A stretch of 64,000 nt of DNA from Octopus sinensis (lineage: Eukaryota): contig NC_043004.1 in NCBI RefSeq assembly GCF_006345805.1, forward strand, positions 5,828,001 to 5,892,000. The letters are read 5' to 3'. The notes under the pieces were generated by a model. That model was not told where the DNA came from. It searched no databases and saw nothing but the letters and a program-made list of their open reading frames with translations. Of the stretch, positions 14,302-25,270 are shown in pieces. How positions within the stretch are numbered: the stretch's first letter is position 1; each line of letters opens with the position of its first letter. Made by a program: the position numbers and the translations under genes.

Positions 14302-14445
14302 CTACAAGGCGGGGTTAAAGAAAGGGGTGTGCATAAAAATTAGGCCATTCAAAAAAAATTTTCAGCCCTACTAGGAACTGGTTGTATGGTGGGGGGAGAG
14401 AGAGAAAAACAACATATACACATTCTACAGATGGAAAAAACTCAC

Positions 14446-14508
14446 CTGAGATGAACTTGTCGGCATCACATAGTCTTCATTCGATCTCCTTATAGCAAGT
14501 GTAGCCAT
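14446..14508 (-). CDS. Sp1-4: Sp1-4 first coding exon, MATLAIRRSNEDYVMPTSSSQ
   Basis: The ATG at 14508-14506 is preceded by an in-frame TAA. The 21 codons end at the donor CAG|GTGAG (14445). A 144-nt intron (14302-14445) joins in phase 0 to give SSSQ|DNQPSPLALL, like vertebrate Sp3/Sp4 Q|D(S/T)QPSPLALL. An additional upstream non-coding exon cannot be excluded. Confidence 0.8.
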
Positions 14509-14607
14509 TTAATGCCGAAGCAAACCATTGATGTGGATACTGGATCGATCGTGACAGGCATCTGTTCGCCATAGATGGGAAGTCCACGTTCCCTGCTTGG
14601 AGGCCAT
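14509..14607 (-). other. Upstream ORF of 32 aa (MASKQGTWTSHLWRTDACHDRSSIHINGLLRH*) in frame with and abutting the Sp ATG
   Basis: Manual translation from the ATG at 14607 gives a stop TAA at 14511-14509, immediately followed by the Sp ATG at 14508. Confidence 0.6.
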
Positions 14608-14609
14608 GG

Positions 14610-14900
14610 AGGCGACTGACTGAAGCTAGCGTATTCTTCCGCGTTAACCGAAACACACGTTCTTTTTGTCTATATGCATACGCAATTGAAAATAGCATGC
14701 GACCAAAAAATATTACTTTCCATTCGATTTTGAAGGATAGTTTACAAAATCGATATTATTAGTGAGATTTTTAATTATTTTATTGAAAAATTTCTATATT
14801 AGTATGAGTAGAATGTTATATTAGTAATAAGTGGGAGGGAGAACTACATTGACGACAACGGCCCTAATATTGTTAAAGGCGGGCTATGATTGACAGAGTT
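14610..14900 (-). promoter_or_regulatory. Candidate TATA-less Sp promoter with Inr-like TCAGTC motifs and GC boxes
   Basis: Overlapping TCAGTC motifs lie on the minus strand at 14623-14618 and 14619-14614. GGCGGG is at 14878-14883, GGGAGG at about 14833-14838, and a further GGCGGGG at 14308-14314 in intron 1. The region retains CpG. The start site is not directly observable. Confidence 0.4.
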
Positions 14901-15096
14901 GGTTGGATAAAAATGCACGATAATGTAAAAATTGATATAATAACGTTATTTACAATACGAAAAATTGAAAAGATACAATGTTATCGTAAAAATTCAATTA
15001 TCATATAAGTAATTATATATATATACTAATTTAACTTCCAGTTATCAAATATGGATAGACAATTATATATGTATATATACATATATATATATATAC

Positions 15097-15140
<44 letters not shown>

Positions 15141-15672
15141 ATATATTTTTATATATGTATGTGTATATATATATATATATTATATATATATATATATATC
15201 TGTAAAGCGTGTGAAGGGGAAGGGAGAAAGTTGTAGTAACCAAACAGAAGAGTGACGCAGTAAATCCTATATGGGAGGAGATAATCAGTGATAGAGAAGT
15301 AGTACCAGAGCGAAGGAGGGAGGGAGGAGGAACGATACTAGAAAACAAAGAGAGTAGAGGAAACACACATCTACATACATATACATGTATGTGTATATGT
15401 ATATATATATATATGTGTTTGTGTGTGTGCGTGTAGTATGAAAGAGACGGAGAGAAAGAGAGAGAGAGAGATAAGAAAAGGAGGGAACGTATAAAGTCAG
15501 TTTCTCTTTAAGACATTAGTGAGAATGAAATAGTGGGAGTGGAAAAAAATATTTTAGTGAAGTACAGAATGACTAATGAAGAAAGAGGATGGAAAACGAA
15601 CGACAGTAGTATATCACTAACAATAGATGAGTTATACATACTCACGCATACACACACATAAATACATACACA

Positions 15673-15717
<45 letters not shown>

Positions 15718-16224
15718 CACACACATATATTTACACACACACACACATCTCTATATAAATATATGTATACATATATGTATTAAATACATTTATACACTAC
15801 GTAGGCGACGTGGGAAGGATGGAGCTAGACAGACCATACTAACATACTAAAACGGTTACGCACAATAAAACAATCACCACAACTCCACCATATTTACTTA
15901 CATAGAGGAAAAAAAGTTTTCACGTCCAGCCAGACAACGTTCCCTTAAATAATCTTTCTTTTTCTTTTTTTCTAAGAATAACTTTTTTTTTGCGGAATTC
16001 TCCGAACACACCTCCTGATTGCTTACAAAACGAATAGAGGATGGAACGGCGATGAAGATTTAAATTTTTTTTATTTTGTTATTATTCTTCCGCGATAGAA
16101 AATAGTCCCTCATGAAAAATGGTCAGAAAAAAAGGCATATAAAAATGTCGCTAATCGGAAATACGGAAAACAGAAATGCTATAAATAATAGTAGCTGTTT
16201 CTTTCGCAAAATATCCGATAGTGT

Positions 16225-16331
<107 letters not shown>

Positions 16332-16517
16332 GATATGTATATATATGTATGTATGTGTGTGTGTTTGAGTGTGTATAATGACGGGCACAATCTGGCTTGT
16401 TGCTAAGTCGATATATTAGCTTTTTCTCATATTGTTTTCTTTTTTTGTGCTTTTTGTATTATTTTTTACCACTCACGTCTCACACCTTTATTACAGTTTG
16501 TCTCTCTTCCATCTCTC

Positions 16518-16557
<40 letters not shown>

Positions 16558-16586
16558 TTCGCTCGCTTTCTTATTCTATCTGTCTG

Positions 16587-16625
<39 letters not shown>

Positions 16626-16931
16626 GTATGTCTGTTTGTCTAACTATCCCATGCTTAGCTTATGTTTCACCTTCACCACCCCTAAAATAACAGTACATTT
16701 TCTTTTTCCCGTCAAGAAAAATAAGCCGACAACCATTTAACAGTCAGGTCAAAGGCGGAGCAAACCACCCAGTTTTTTTTTTCTTTTTATGCCAACTCTC
16801 CTTAAGGTGGTCATTCATTTGTGTCTGTGTGTATTGTATGTATGCGAGTATATATATATATATATGGATTATTGTTGCTGTATGTGTATGTATACTGATG
16901 GATAGATAGATTTTATTTATTATACACAGAC

Positions 16932-17320
16932 GCAGGAGTGGCTGTGTAGTAAGTAGCTTGCTTACCAACCACATGGTTCCGGATTCAGTCCCACTGCATG
17001 GCACCTTGGGCACCTGTCTTCTACTATAGCCTCGGGCCGACCAAAGCTTTGTGAGTGGATTTGGTAGACAGAATCTGAAAGAAACCCGTTGTATATGTAT
17101 ATATATATGTGTGTGTCCGTGTTTGACCCCAACATCGCTTGATAACCGATACTGGTGTGTTTGCGTCCCCGTAACTTAGCGGTTCGGCAAGAGAGACCGA
17201 TAGGATAAGTACTAGGCTTACAAAGAATAAGTACTTGGCTTACAAAGAATAAGTCGTGGGGTCGATTTGCTCGACTAAAGGTGGTTCTCAAATGACTGAA
17301 ACAAATAAAAAAGGAAAAAG
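16932..17320 (+). mobile_element. Composite SINE with a small internal duplication
   Basis: Same family; aataagtac..ggcttacaaag is duplicated at about 17205-17255. Confidence 0.85.
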
Positions 17321-17719
17321 ACATTTGTGTGTGTGTGAGTATAAATTTCTATTCATATGTATATATGTATGTGTTGGGGAGGAATGTATATACGTAATAG
17401 TTACATAAAGAGGGAGGGGTAGATAGATAGATAGATGGATCCGTGAACAAACGAAGGTAGGCGGAGGTAAAGAAAAAGCACACCCCCCGTTTTTGTCTTA
17501 ACCCTATCCCTAAACATTAAACCCTAACCCTAAACACCAGGTTGCACATATTCTTTACCTTCGTCTGAAGGTAGTACTCAATGCATTCTTTTAGAGTCGT
17601 AACCTCTTTAGATATACAGAACATGTACGTCCAAGGATATAGGAGCACAGTTGCACTTACGAAACTTTAAGTACTGTGGAGCTCAGTCAGCCTGTTATTA
17701 GATATTTATCATCATTGTC

Positions 17720-18330
17720 AATACCATACATCCATTTAACATCCACTTTTCCATGCTTACATGAGTCAGACGGAAATTGTTGATGCAGAATTACTACAGC
17801 TGGATACCCTCACTGAGGCAATGTCTACCGACCGAGACCTTTGGTGATGTGCTGTGCTTGAGAAGACCTGTCAAGCCAAGTGCACCCATGGTGGTGGCAT
17901 GTAAAGAAACCTTTACGTTGGGGCCTCACGGAGGCAAAGTGGCTAAGTTCCTCTCAAGCGTTGGGCCTCATGGAGGCAAAGTGGCTGAGTTCCTTTTGAG
18001 CATTGGGCCTCACGGAGGCAAAGTGGCTGAATTCCTTTTCAGTGTTGGGCCTCATAGAAGCAATGAGACCTTTGGCATTATGTCGTGCTTGAGAAGAAGA
18101 CCCATTAAGCCAAATAAAATTGCTGTCATAGCAAATACCGGTGTCATACAAATTAGTACCCATGCCAGTGGCATGTAAAAGCACCCATTACACTCTTGGA
18201 GTGGTTGGCATTAGGAAGGGCATCCAGCCATAGAAAACCATGCCAAATCAGACTGGAGTCTGGTGCAACCTTCAAATGTGCCAGCCCAGTCAAACTGTCC
18301 AATGATGATGATGATGATGATGATGAGCTC
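17720..18330 (+). mobile_element. RTE-tail element with an inverted 5' piece and three 42-bp internal tandem units
   Basis: cgttgggcctcacggaggcaaagtggct repeats three times at about 17916-18042. It ends in the RTE 3' tail with (GAT)n. Confidence 0.7.
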
Positions 18331-19710
18331 CAAAAAACAATTCCAATGAAAAAAAATATATATTTTCTTTGCAGGCATATGATGCACCTGGTTTGTCATC
18401 ATCACCTGGCCCTTGGATGCCTTTTGCAGGGCTTGCTCTGTTGCAAAGTTATTCAACCTGGAGATTATTCATGACCTTCCCAAACACTGCTACCCTCTAC
18501 TCTTCATCAAAATGCCAAAACCAAAAGTAAACCTTCTAGACAATTTTTCTTCCTCTGTAGTATCTGTAGACTTCATTCCAATCTAGGCATCATTCATTAT
18601 CGCTTTCTCACATCCAGATCACTTTATTCATCCTTCAGACATGAATCGCTCAGCTCCTATTTTCATCTCATCTCCACTATCCAGGCTCTCTATTCTAAAC
18701 AAAAGCCAGTAGCATGAAACTGAACAACAAAGACATTGAAGGGGAGCATGACTAGAATTCTAAATGGAAAGGGGAGATAATTTCCTTGGAATTTACAGGC
18801 CATTAGGGGGTTTGGGGGGAAGTGGGGATCTCGGGCAAACAGAACAGCTGTGAACACTTGTATTTACCTCAATAGACCTTGTATAATTATGTCAAAAGCA
18901 CAGCAGTCCTACCTTGACCCTAGCATGCAAAAGATATAGGTATCTTTTACCTTTTAATTATTATAATTGTTGGACTGCAGCTATGCTGGGACACTGCCAC
19001 AAAGCATTTTGTCAAAAAAATTGATGCCAGCACTTGTGTTCTTTTTTTAAGTGTAATATATATCGTATCAGTTGTCATTTACTGAACAGCTAAGTTATGG
19101 AGACATGAACCATGAACCATGGAGACATGAACCAATGAACCATGAACTAACACCAGTTATCAAATGGTGGAAGGGGACAAACAATGACATACACACACAA
19201 ACAATGACATACATACACACATATATATATATGACAGGCTTCCTCTCAGCTTCCCAATATAAACTCACAGGGCATTAGTCCAAGGATTTAGTCGAAGACA
19301 CTTGTCCAAGATACTGCAGAGTGGTACTGAACCCTAAACCACATGACTACAACACAAATTTCTTAATTATGCCCACACTTATATTTATACAAAACTAAGA
19401 GAGGAACATTTATAACCTAAGGTAGTTTGCTTTAATTAAGTAAAATGAGCTAAGAGAAAAAAAATTAGTGAGGGTAGTGGCATGGATTTGCACAATAAAG
19501 AAGAATAAATGCCTATTGAATACCATGCAGGATAAAGTCTCCTTTTATTAAAATTATTTTTGCTTCAAGAGATGATATACAAATGTCTGGTGGCAATCGC
19601 AACCGACTTTAAATGAGAAGGTGGAAATGATCTCAAGAGCTTAGAATTCTTCTGAACTGATTTGCAGAAGCATTCCCACACACACAATATATATGTGTAT
19701 ATATACAATA

Positions 19711-20430
19711 TATATATTCTGAGTGTTCCAAACGCATCCTAATGTAATCCTTGTATTGTCCTTTTTGTACACCCTGATGACATTCCATCCAAGGTATTTA
19801 AAATGCAAAATTATATATTTATATATTCTTTTATTGGAAATTAATTGTTATCGCCATATTAATATGGCATTCTTATAGATATAAGAATAATCGCTGCCAT
19901 GGTCAGCTCCATGAGGCCACCGCCATCAAGATAGCTATTGATACACGATCTGTATCCATTATAACCTTCGAACAAGGGAGGTCAGCCGCTTCACACTGCC
20001 AGTCCGACAGCTACAGACCCGTTTGCCATAATCTCTTTTATAGAGACTTAGTAATTTTAATATTTCTATTATTGAAAACAAGTGGATGTATTCCACTGAA
20101 ACTAGGTAAATATAAGCCTTCGAACAGAGACGTCAGTGGCGACACCTGCGGGTCTGACTGCGCTACATTGACAAGGGGCAATACCCCGAAACGCGTCTGT
20201 AGCTGTCGGACTGGCAGTGTGAAGCGGCTGACCTCCCTTGTTCGAAGGTTATAATGGATATCTATCTTGATGATATCTTGATGGCGGTGGCCTCATGGAG
20301 CTGACCATGGCAGCGATTATTCTTATATCTATAAGAATGCCATATTAATATGGCGATAACAATTAATTTCCAGTAAACACTGCCATAATCTCTTTTATAG
20401 AGACTTAGTAATTTTAATATTTCTATTATT
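19711..20430. mobile_element. Fold-back Penelope-like (pLTR) or retrozyme-like element carrying the hammerhead
   Basis: Inverted arms at 19835-20024 and 20189-20372 are near-identical apart from one internal indel. An exact 50-nt direct repeat lies at 20024-20073 and 20381-20430. Inverted pLTR copies and minimal hammerheads are established hallmarks of Penelope-like elements. Confidence 0.65.
20162..20203 (+). ncRNA. Minimal type I hammerhead ribozyme motif with a U3-A8 variant core
   Basis: GCTACA-TTGACAA-GGGG(CAATA)CCCC-GAAA-CGCG-TC-TGTAGC. Stem I is 6 perfect bp, stem II is 4 bp, GAAA is intact, stem III is the palindrome ACGCGU, and the GUC cleavage site falls after 20197. Confidence 0.8.
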
Positions 20431-20653
20431 CTTTTATTCTTTTACTTGTTTCAGTCATTTGACTGTGGTCATGCTGGAGCACCACCTTTACTCAAATAAA
20501 TTGACTCCAGGACTTATTCTTTGTAAGCCTAATACTTATTCTATCGGTTTCTTTTGCCAAACTCCTAAATGAGGGAGATGTAAACACACCAACATCGGTT
20601 GTCAAGCGATGGTGGGAGGACAAACACAGATACACAAACAACAAACACATACA

Positions 20654-21543
20654 TCATCATCATCATCATCATCATCATCGTTTAATGTCTGCTTTCTATG
20701 CTGGCATGGGTTGGACAGTTTGACTGAGGACTGGCGAGCCAGATGGCTGCACCAGGCTCCAATCTGATCTGGCAGAGTTTCTACAGCTGGATGCCCTTCC
20801 TAATGCCAACCACTCCGAGAGTGTAGTGGGTGCCTTTTACATGCCACCAGTATGGGAGCCAGTCAGTGACCTGGCAACAATCATGCTTGGATGGTGCTTT
20901 TAACGCTCCACTCACACACATGCCAGTCAAGCGGTGCTGTCATCAAATTTGATTTTGATTTCACTTGCCTCAACAGGTCTTCGCAAGCAGAGTTTAGTGT
21001 CCAATGAGGGAAAGTACGCATAAGTGGGCTGGTTACACCACTGGCATAGGCCACGGGTTATGGTCTCACTTGGTTTGCCAGGTCTTCTCAAGCATAGCAG
21101 ATTTCCAAAGGTCTCGGTCACTAGTCATTGCCTCAGTGAGGCCTAATGTTCGAAGGTTGTGTTTCACCACCTCATCCCAGGTCTTCCTGAGTCTACCTCT
21201 TCCACAGGTTCCCTCAACCGCTAGGGTATGACACTTTTTCATACAGCTATCCTCATCTATTGTCACCGCATGACCGTACCAGCACAGTCGTCTCTCTTGC
21301 ACACCACATCTGATGCTTCTTAGGTCCAACTTTTCTCTCAAGGCACTTACACTCTGTCGAGTATGCACACTACACATCCAGCGGAGCATACTGACTTCAT
21401 TCCTTGCAAGCTTACGCATGTCCTCAGCAGTCACAGCCCATGTTTCACAGCCATGTAGCATGGCTGTTGGTACACATGCGTCATACAGTCTACCTTTTAC
21501 TCTGAGCAAGAGGCCCCTTGTCAACAGCAGAGGTAGGAGCTCA
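20654..21543 (-). mobile_element. 5'-truncated RTE-clade LINE of the same family, inserted in a composite SINE
   Basis: The minus ORF reads ELLPLLLTRGLLLRVKGRLYDACVPTAMLHGCETW...GTCGRGRLRKTWDEVV. The reverse complement matches 32420-33470, and a (CAT)n tail lies at 20654-20678. Confidence 0.9.
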
Positions 21544-22789
21544 TACATACATACATATATATATATATATACAACAGGCTGCTTTCAGTTTCCATCTACT
21601 AAATCCACTCACAAGGCTTTGGTTGGCCCGAGACTATAGTAGAAGATACTTGCCCAAGGTACCACACAGTGGGACCGAACCCGGAACCATGTAGTTGAGA
21701 AGCAAGTTTCTTACCGCACAACCACTCCTGCACCTTAGAGCAAGGCTGTGCTGATGATGCTCATTGAAACAGCAAATATGTTCATAGGTATCCTCTTGTT
21801 CTCCAGGAAGCACAGACTGTTTTTTCGTAAAGGCAAGTAAATATTGTAGAATTGATGAATTTTTTAGGTTATTTTCACTTCTGATTCAGAGTCATTTGCT
21901 ATTGGCAAATGGAACTCGTTTACTGTTCTCTTGAATCCAAAAATTTGTTGTGTGCCTTATTTATCTTTTCCTTTGTCCTTATCCAAATGTTTGTGCGTGC
22001 TATGATGCAAAAGTGTTGTAAGTCCAAAATGTTGCTTTTTCAGAAAATGAAAAAATAGTATTGCCATTCCATAGCATAACCGTTGTACTATACTTTGACA
22101 AGTTTTTATATCTTGGCATCTGAAGCAGCTAGAGATATGATAGTTTAACCAAAAGAACAGGCTATTGCAAGCAAAAATAAATATTGAAAAAATTTCAAAA
22201 TAGAAACGATATATATATACTACATATATATATATATAGTCTATATCCATTTAAAAGAAGAAAAGAAAATGGAGATTAGGAAGTTAATAATTGTTTATCA
22301 TTAACAACAAATTGGTTATCTTTGCTTCTTACAGCCGTTTCAGTTAATACTCAGTAATTTAATTACAAATTTGTACATTAAATTTACATTTGTGTGATGT
22401 ATAATTTCATCAGAGGAAAAAAAATTAACCTTTGGATGTTATGTGGTCTTATCAATTCATTGCAACCTTTTCAAAAGTCTTGGCTATTGAAAACATTGCA
22501 AAACATAACAAAGATTTTAAGAAAATAAAAATAAGGAATGAGTGGAAATTTTACTGGTGAGTGTGTTAAATTTTAAGGCACAAAAAAAATGACTCTCCCC
22601 ACACACAACAGAACTTTATATATACCTATTGTTTTAAAGGAATTTCATTCCCCAAAAATACTGGGTATTGAACCAGTATTTCTTTGGATGCAACCATCCC
22701 TTCACGACGTTAATATACCCTCTAATTGAATTTATATATAATATAAATAATATATATATATATATGTATGTATGTATATATACATGCAT

Positions 22790-23125
22790 ACGCCCCGACT
22801 GGCTTCTGTGCCGGTGGTACATTAAAAAGCACCATCCGAACGTGGCCGTTGCCAGCGCTGCCCCGACTGGCTTCCGTGCCGGTGGCACGTTAAAAGCTCC
22901 AACCGATCGTGGCCGATGCCGGACCCCCTGGCACCTGTGCAGGTGGCACGTAAAAAGCACCCACTACACTCGTGGAGTGGTTGGCGTTAGGAAGGGCATC
23001 CAGCTGTAGAATTTCTGCCAGATCAGACTGGAGCCTGGTGCAGCCCCTGGCTTCCCAGACCCCGGTCGAACCGTCCAACCCGTGCTAGCGCGGAAAAACG
23101 AACGTTAAACGATGATGATGATGAT
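22790..23125 (+). mobile_element. Young RTE-tail SINE or LINE 3' end
   Basis: CpG-intact copy of the tail seen at 33060-33470, ending in aaacgatgatgatg. Older copies lie at about 1-215 (-), 4620-4810 (-), 7600-7830 (+) and 23700-23925 (+). Confidence 0.8.
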
Positions 23126-23167
23126 GATATATATATATATATATATATAAAATATACACATAATATA

Positions 23168-23210
<43 letters not shown>

Positions 23211-23219
23211 TAATATAAA

Positions 23220-23690
23220 TAATATATATATATATGTGTGTGTGTGTGTGTATACATATGCATATATGGGTACAAGACGTCACCAACAGTAAACAACATG
23301 AAATACAAAAACAAATGAGTTCAATATGCAAACAACGAGAGAAACAATTGGAAAACAGGACATGTAACATAAAGAATGACCCTTCATCAGTTGTCGGCTG
23401 TCTATCTACTCATTTCATGCATTAAACAACCATATGAGTCTTTGAAGACAGTTGCTCCCATAAATACCAAAATAAAATTTAAGATTTATGGAGGGTCAAA
23501 GTTGGGAACAAAAACAGGACATTGGAGACATTCAAGGCAACTGAACGGAAACAAATATGGAGGGTCACTAGACCAGAATGAGGGTAAAATAACAAATGCT
23601 GGAGAAATATTTTCTTTGACAAGAGAAAGGACAGAAGAGAGAGATAGGATACGTCCTGTGCTTAGGACAGTCCTGAAAGAAGAGAAAGAT
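23220..23690 (-). mobile_element. Probable Penelope-like relic
   Basis: AT-rich pLTR-like tail with GACAA-CTGATGA-AGGG on the minus strand (about 23405-23385), next to (TA)n. The GAAA half of the core is missing. Confidence 0.3.
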
Positions 23691-24255
23691 GATCACGTGA
23701 GGAAATATAAGCAACTGTGCTGGTGTCACATACGAAAGCACCTGTGCTGGTGCCATGTAAGCAACATCCAATACACTCTGTAAAGTGGTTGGCATTAAGA
23801 AGAACATTCAGCTGTAGAAACCATGCCAAAACAGACGATGACTGGAACCTAGTGCAGTCCTCCAGTTTGCCACTTCCTGTAAAACTGTTCAATGCATGCC
23901 AGCTTGGGAAATGGATGTTAAATGATTGTGATCATTCTTTTATTCTTTTACCTGTTTCAGTCATTTGACTGCGGCCATTCTAGAACACTGCCCTTAGTTG
24001 AAAAAATCAACCCCAGAAATTATTCTTTGTTAGCTTAGTACTTATTCTATCGGTCTCTTTTAGCAAACCACTAAGTTAAAGGGGCCGTAAACACACCAGC
24101 ATCAGTTGTCAAGCGATGCTGTGGGGACAAACACACACACATATATATATATCACGTGACCAACCATGCCATCAGATGCTACACATCGCTGATCACAATG
24201 CACTTCACATTGTTTTAACCTTCAATGATGCCAACCTGCTGGCTAAGCGAGCAGG

Positions 24256-24294
<39 letters not shown>

Positions 24295-24877
24295 GATGGG
24301 CTTCTTTCAGTTTCTGCCTACCAAATCCACTCACAAGGCTTTGGTCGGCCCGAGGCTACAGTATAAGATACTTGCCCAAGGGACTGAACCCGGAACCATA
24401 TGGTTGGTAAGCAAGCTACTTACCACAGAGCCACGCCTACGCCTATGATCATCATGATGATATATCATCGTTTCAGCATTTACTTTTTGAGGCTTGCACA
24501 GGTTATACACAGTTTATTGTGGCAGATTTTCTCTGACTGAACACCACCTGTCACCAACCCTTACCTGTTTCTAAGCAAGATAATATTTCCTTGTGGCCAG
24601 ACATGTTTTCACGGAATCTTGGAAATGAATGACATTCAATGACACACACATATCTATACGATGCATCTTTGTCAGTTTCTGTTGAACTAATCCACTCACA
24701 GGGTTTTGGTCAGCTTAGGGCTATATTAGAAGACACTTGCCCAAGGAGTCACATATTAGGATTGTTTGAGGAGCAAACGTCTGGACCATACAGCCACTCA
24801 TGCACATATGTATGTATGTATGATGTATGTATGTATTTGTGTGTGTGTATGTATATTTCAAATATTCAGGCGTAGGA

Positions 24878-25270
24878 GTGGCTGTGTGGTAAGTAGCTTG
24901 CTTACCAACCACATGGTTCCGGGTTCAGTCCCACTGCGTGGCACGTTGGGCAAGTGTCCTCTACTATAGCCTCGGGCCGACTAAAGCCTTGTGAGTGGAT
25001 TTGGGTAGACGGAAACTGAAAGAATCCTGTCGTATACATATATATGTATTTATGTATATGTGTGTGGGTGTATACGTTTGTGTGTCTGTGTTTGTCCCCC
25101 CCTCCCAACATCGCTTGGTATGTTTACGTCCCGGTAACTTAGCGGTTCGGCAAAAGTGACCGATAGAATAAGTACCAGGCTTACAAAGAATAAGTCCTGG
25201 GGTCGATTTGCTCGACTAAAGGCGGTGCTCCAGCATGGCCACAGTCAAATGACTGAAACAAGTAAAAGAG
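24878..25270 (+). mobile_element. Composite SINE, young
   Basis: Full head and tail with CpGs intact. Other full or partial copies lie at about 19010-19370 (-), 20432-20645 plus 21544-21733 (-), 23932-24440 (-), 27110-27260 (-), 34790-35415 (-), 35600-35890 (+), 44520-44680 (+), 45870-46075 (+), 48078-48240 (+), 50040-50480 (-), 51918-52150 (-), 56800-57160 (-) and 63965-64000 (-). Confidence 0.85.

Noticed and set aside
12593-14343. Several ORF-track ORFs overlapping the Sp exon (for example 12593-12877 +, 12846-13193 -, 13485-13874 -, 13937-14140 +)
   Set aside because: These are antisense or off-frame shadows of a GC-richer coding exon and have no recognisable motifs.
15896-15902. Minus-strand donor TAT|GTAAGT as a possible upstream non-coding Sp exon
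   Set aside because: I found no convincing matching acceptor upstream of 14508; it cannot be supported without transcript data.
17916-18066. Regular repeats resembling a CRISPR array
   Set aside because: The units are contiguous with no unique spacers, the context is eukaryotic, and there are no cas genes.
17777-18178. 133-aa ORF with 14-aa repeats
   Set aside because: It is the translation of the 42-bp tandem units inside an RTE-tail repeat.
19773-19810. CTGATGA followed by a CATT/AATG stem
   Set aside because: It is followed by CAAA rather than GAAA, and there are no stems I or III.
21745-21773. GCTGT-G-CTGATGA-TGCTCATT-GAAA-CAGC hammerhead-like string
   Set aside because: There is no stem I between the cleavage position and the core, and stem II is poor.
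23360-23405. Minus-strand GACAA-CTGATGA-AGGG...CTTT-ATGTTAC-ATGTC
   Set aside because: The core 5' half and stem I are present but GAAA is missing; at most a relic.
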